The translations under genes and the position numbers were made by a program. The notes under the pieces were generated by a model. The model was not told the origin of the DNA, ran no database searches, and worked only from the letters and a program-made list of their open reading frames with translations. Shown one piece after another: positions 63,430 to 64,000 of a DNA stretch of 64,000 nucleotides. The DNA comes from Cetorhinus maximus (lineage: Eukaryota). Location: contig NC_135901.1 in the NCBI RefSeq assembly GCF_964194155.1, positions 25,916,001 to 25,980,000 on the forward strand, read 5' to 3'. Numbering within the stretch: the first letter of the stretch is position 1; each line of letters starts with the position of its first letter.

Positions 63430-64000
63430 ACGGAGAAACCGTGGAAATGTGGGGACTGTGGAGCTGGATTCATTTCCCCATCCCAGCTGGAAATTCATCG
63501 GCGTATTCACACTGGGGAGAGGCCGTTCACCTGCATCGATTGTGGGAAGGGTTTCACGCAGTTATCAAATCTTCTGACACACCAGCGTGTTCACAGTGGC
63601 GTGAGGCCGTTCAACTGTTCCGTGTGCGGGAAGGGATTCATGAGCTCATCTAACCTGGGGACCCACCAGCGGGTTCACACTGGGGAGAGGCCGTTCACTT
63701 GCTCTGTGTGTGGGAAAGGCTTCACTCAGTCATCTGCTCTGCTGACACATCAACTTGTTCACAGTGATCAGAGATTGTTTAAATGCTCTGACTGTGAGAA
63801 GAGTTTCAAAGGACCAATAAATTTGCTCAAACACCAGCGAGTTCACACTGGGGAGAGGCCGTTCACCTGCTGTGTGTGTGGGAAGAGATTCACTCGGTCG
63901 CATAACCTGCACAGACACCAACGAGTTCACACTGGGGAGAGGCCTTTCAACTGCCCCGTCTGTGGGAAGAGATTCACTTTTTCATCTAACCTGAAGAGAC
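63430..64000 (+). CDS. C2H2 zinc-finger protein (type B), partial; 6 intact fingers + 7th running off the window; start uncertain
   Basis: Frame is stop-free from 63319 to the end ([32 protein letters not shown]...); the paralogous ATG is ACG at 63430; acceptor cttacag|ggg ~63077. Confidence 0.75.

Overview
Eukaryotic (vertebrate) DNA, most likely a shark or other cartilaginous fish. That assignment is inferred from a SacSINE1-like Deu-SINE and the CR1/Penelope repeat content. The window is a birth-and-death cluster of tandem C2H2 zinc-finger genes with no recognisable KRAB/SCAN/BTB exon. Open finger ORFs lie at 17746-18588(+), 33047-34195(+), 41645-42679(-), 56943-57536(+, frameshift-truncated) and 63430->end(+). 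At least five pseudogenes or fragments accompany them. Two ZNF subfamilies share a splice-acceptor/leader module and CpG-rich promoters with NRF1-, YY1- and CCAAT/GC-like motifs, and several pairs are related by inverted duplication. The intergenic and intronic DNA is a nested transposon graveyard: young and old CR1, L2, RTE, a Tx1/L1-clade insertion, Penelope elements and foldbacks carrying hammerhead-like motifs, two solo LTRs, a decayed retroviral pol, and tRNA-derived SINEs. The most notable observations are: (i) an apparently ORF1-less LINE that begins with a tRNA-like Pol III head, together with SINEs that look like its internal-deletion derivatives; (ii) about 10 hammerhead-like Penelope termini, including a foldback inside a ZNF promoter; (iii) a ZNF coding fragment copied into the catalytic core of the neighbouring retroviral integrase. 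All alignments were made by eye and boundaries of old repeats are approximate.
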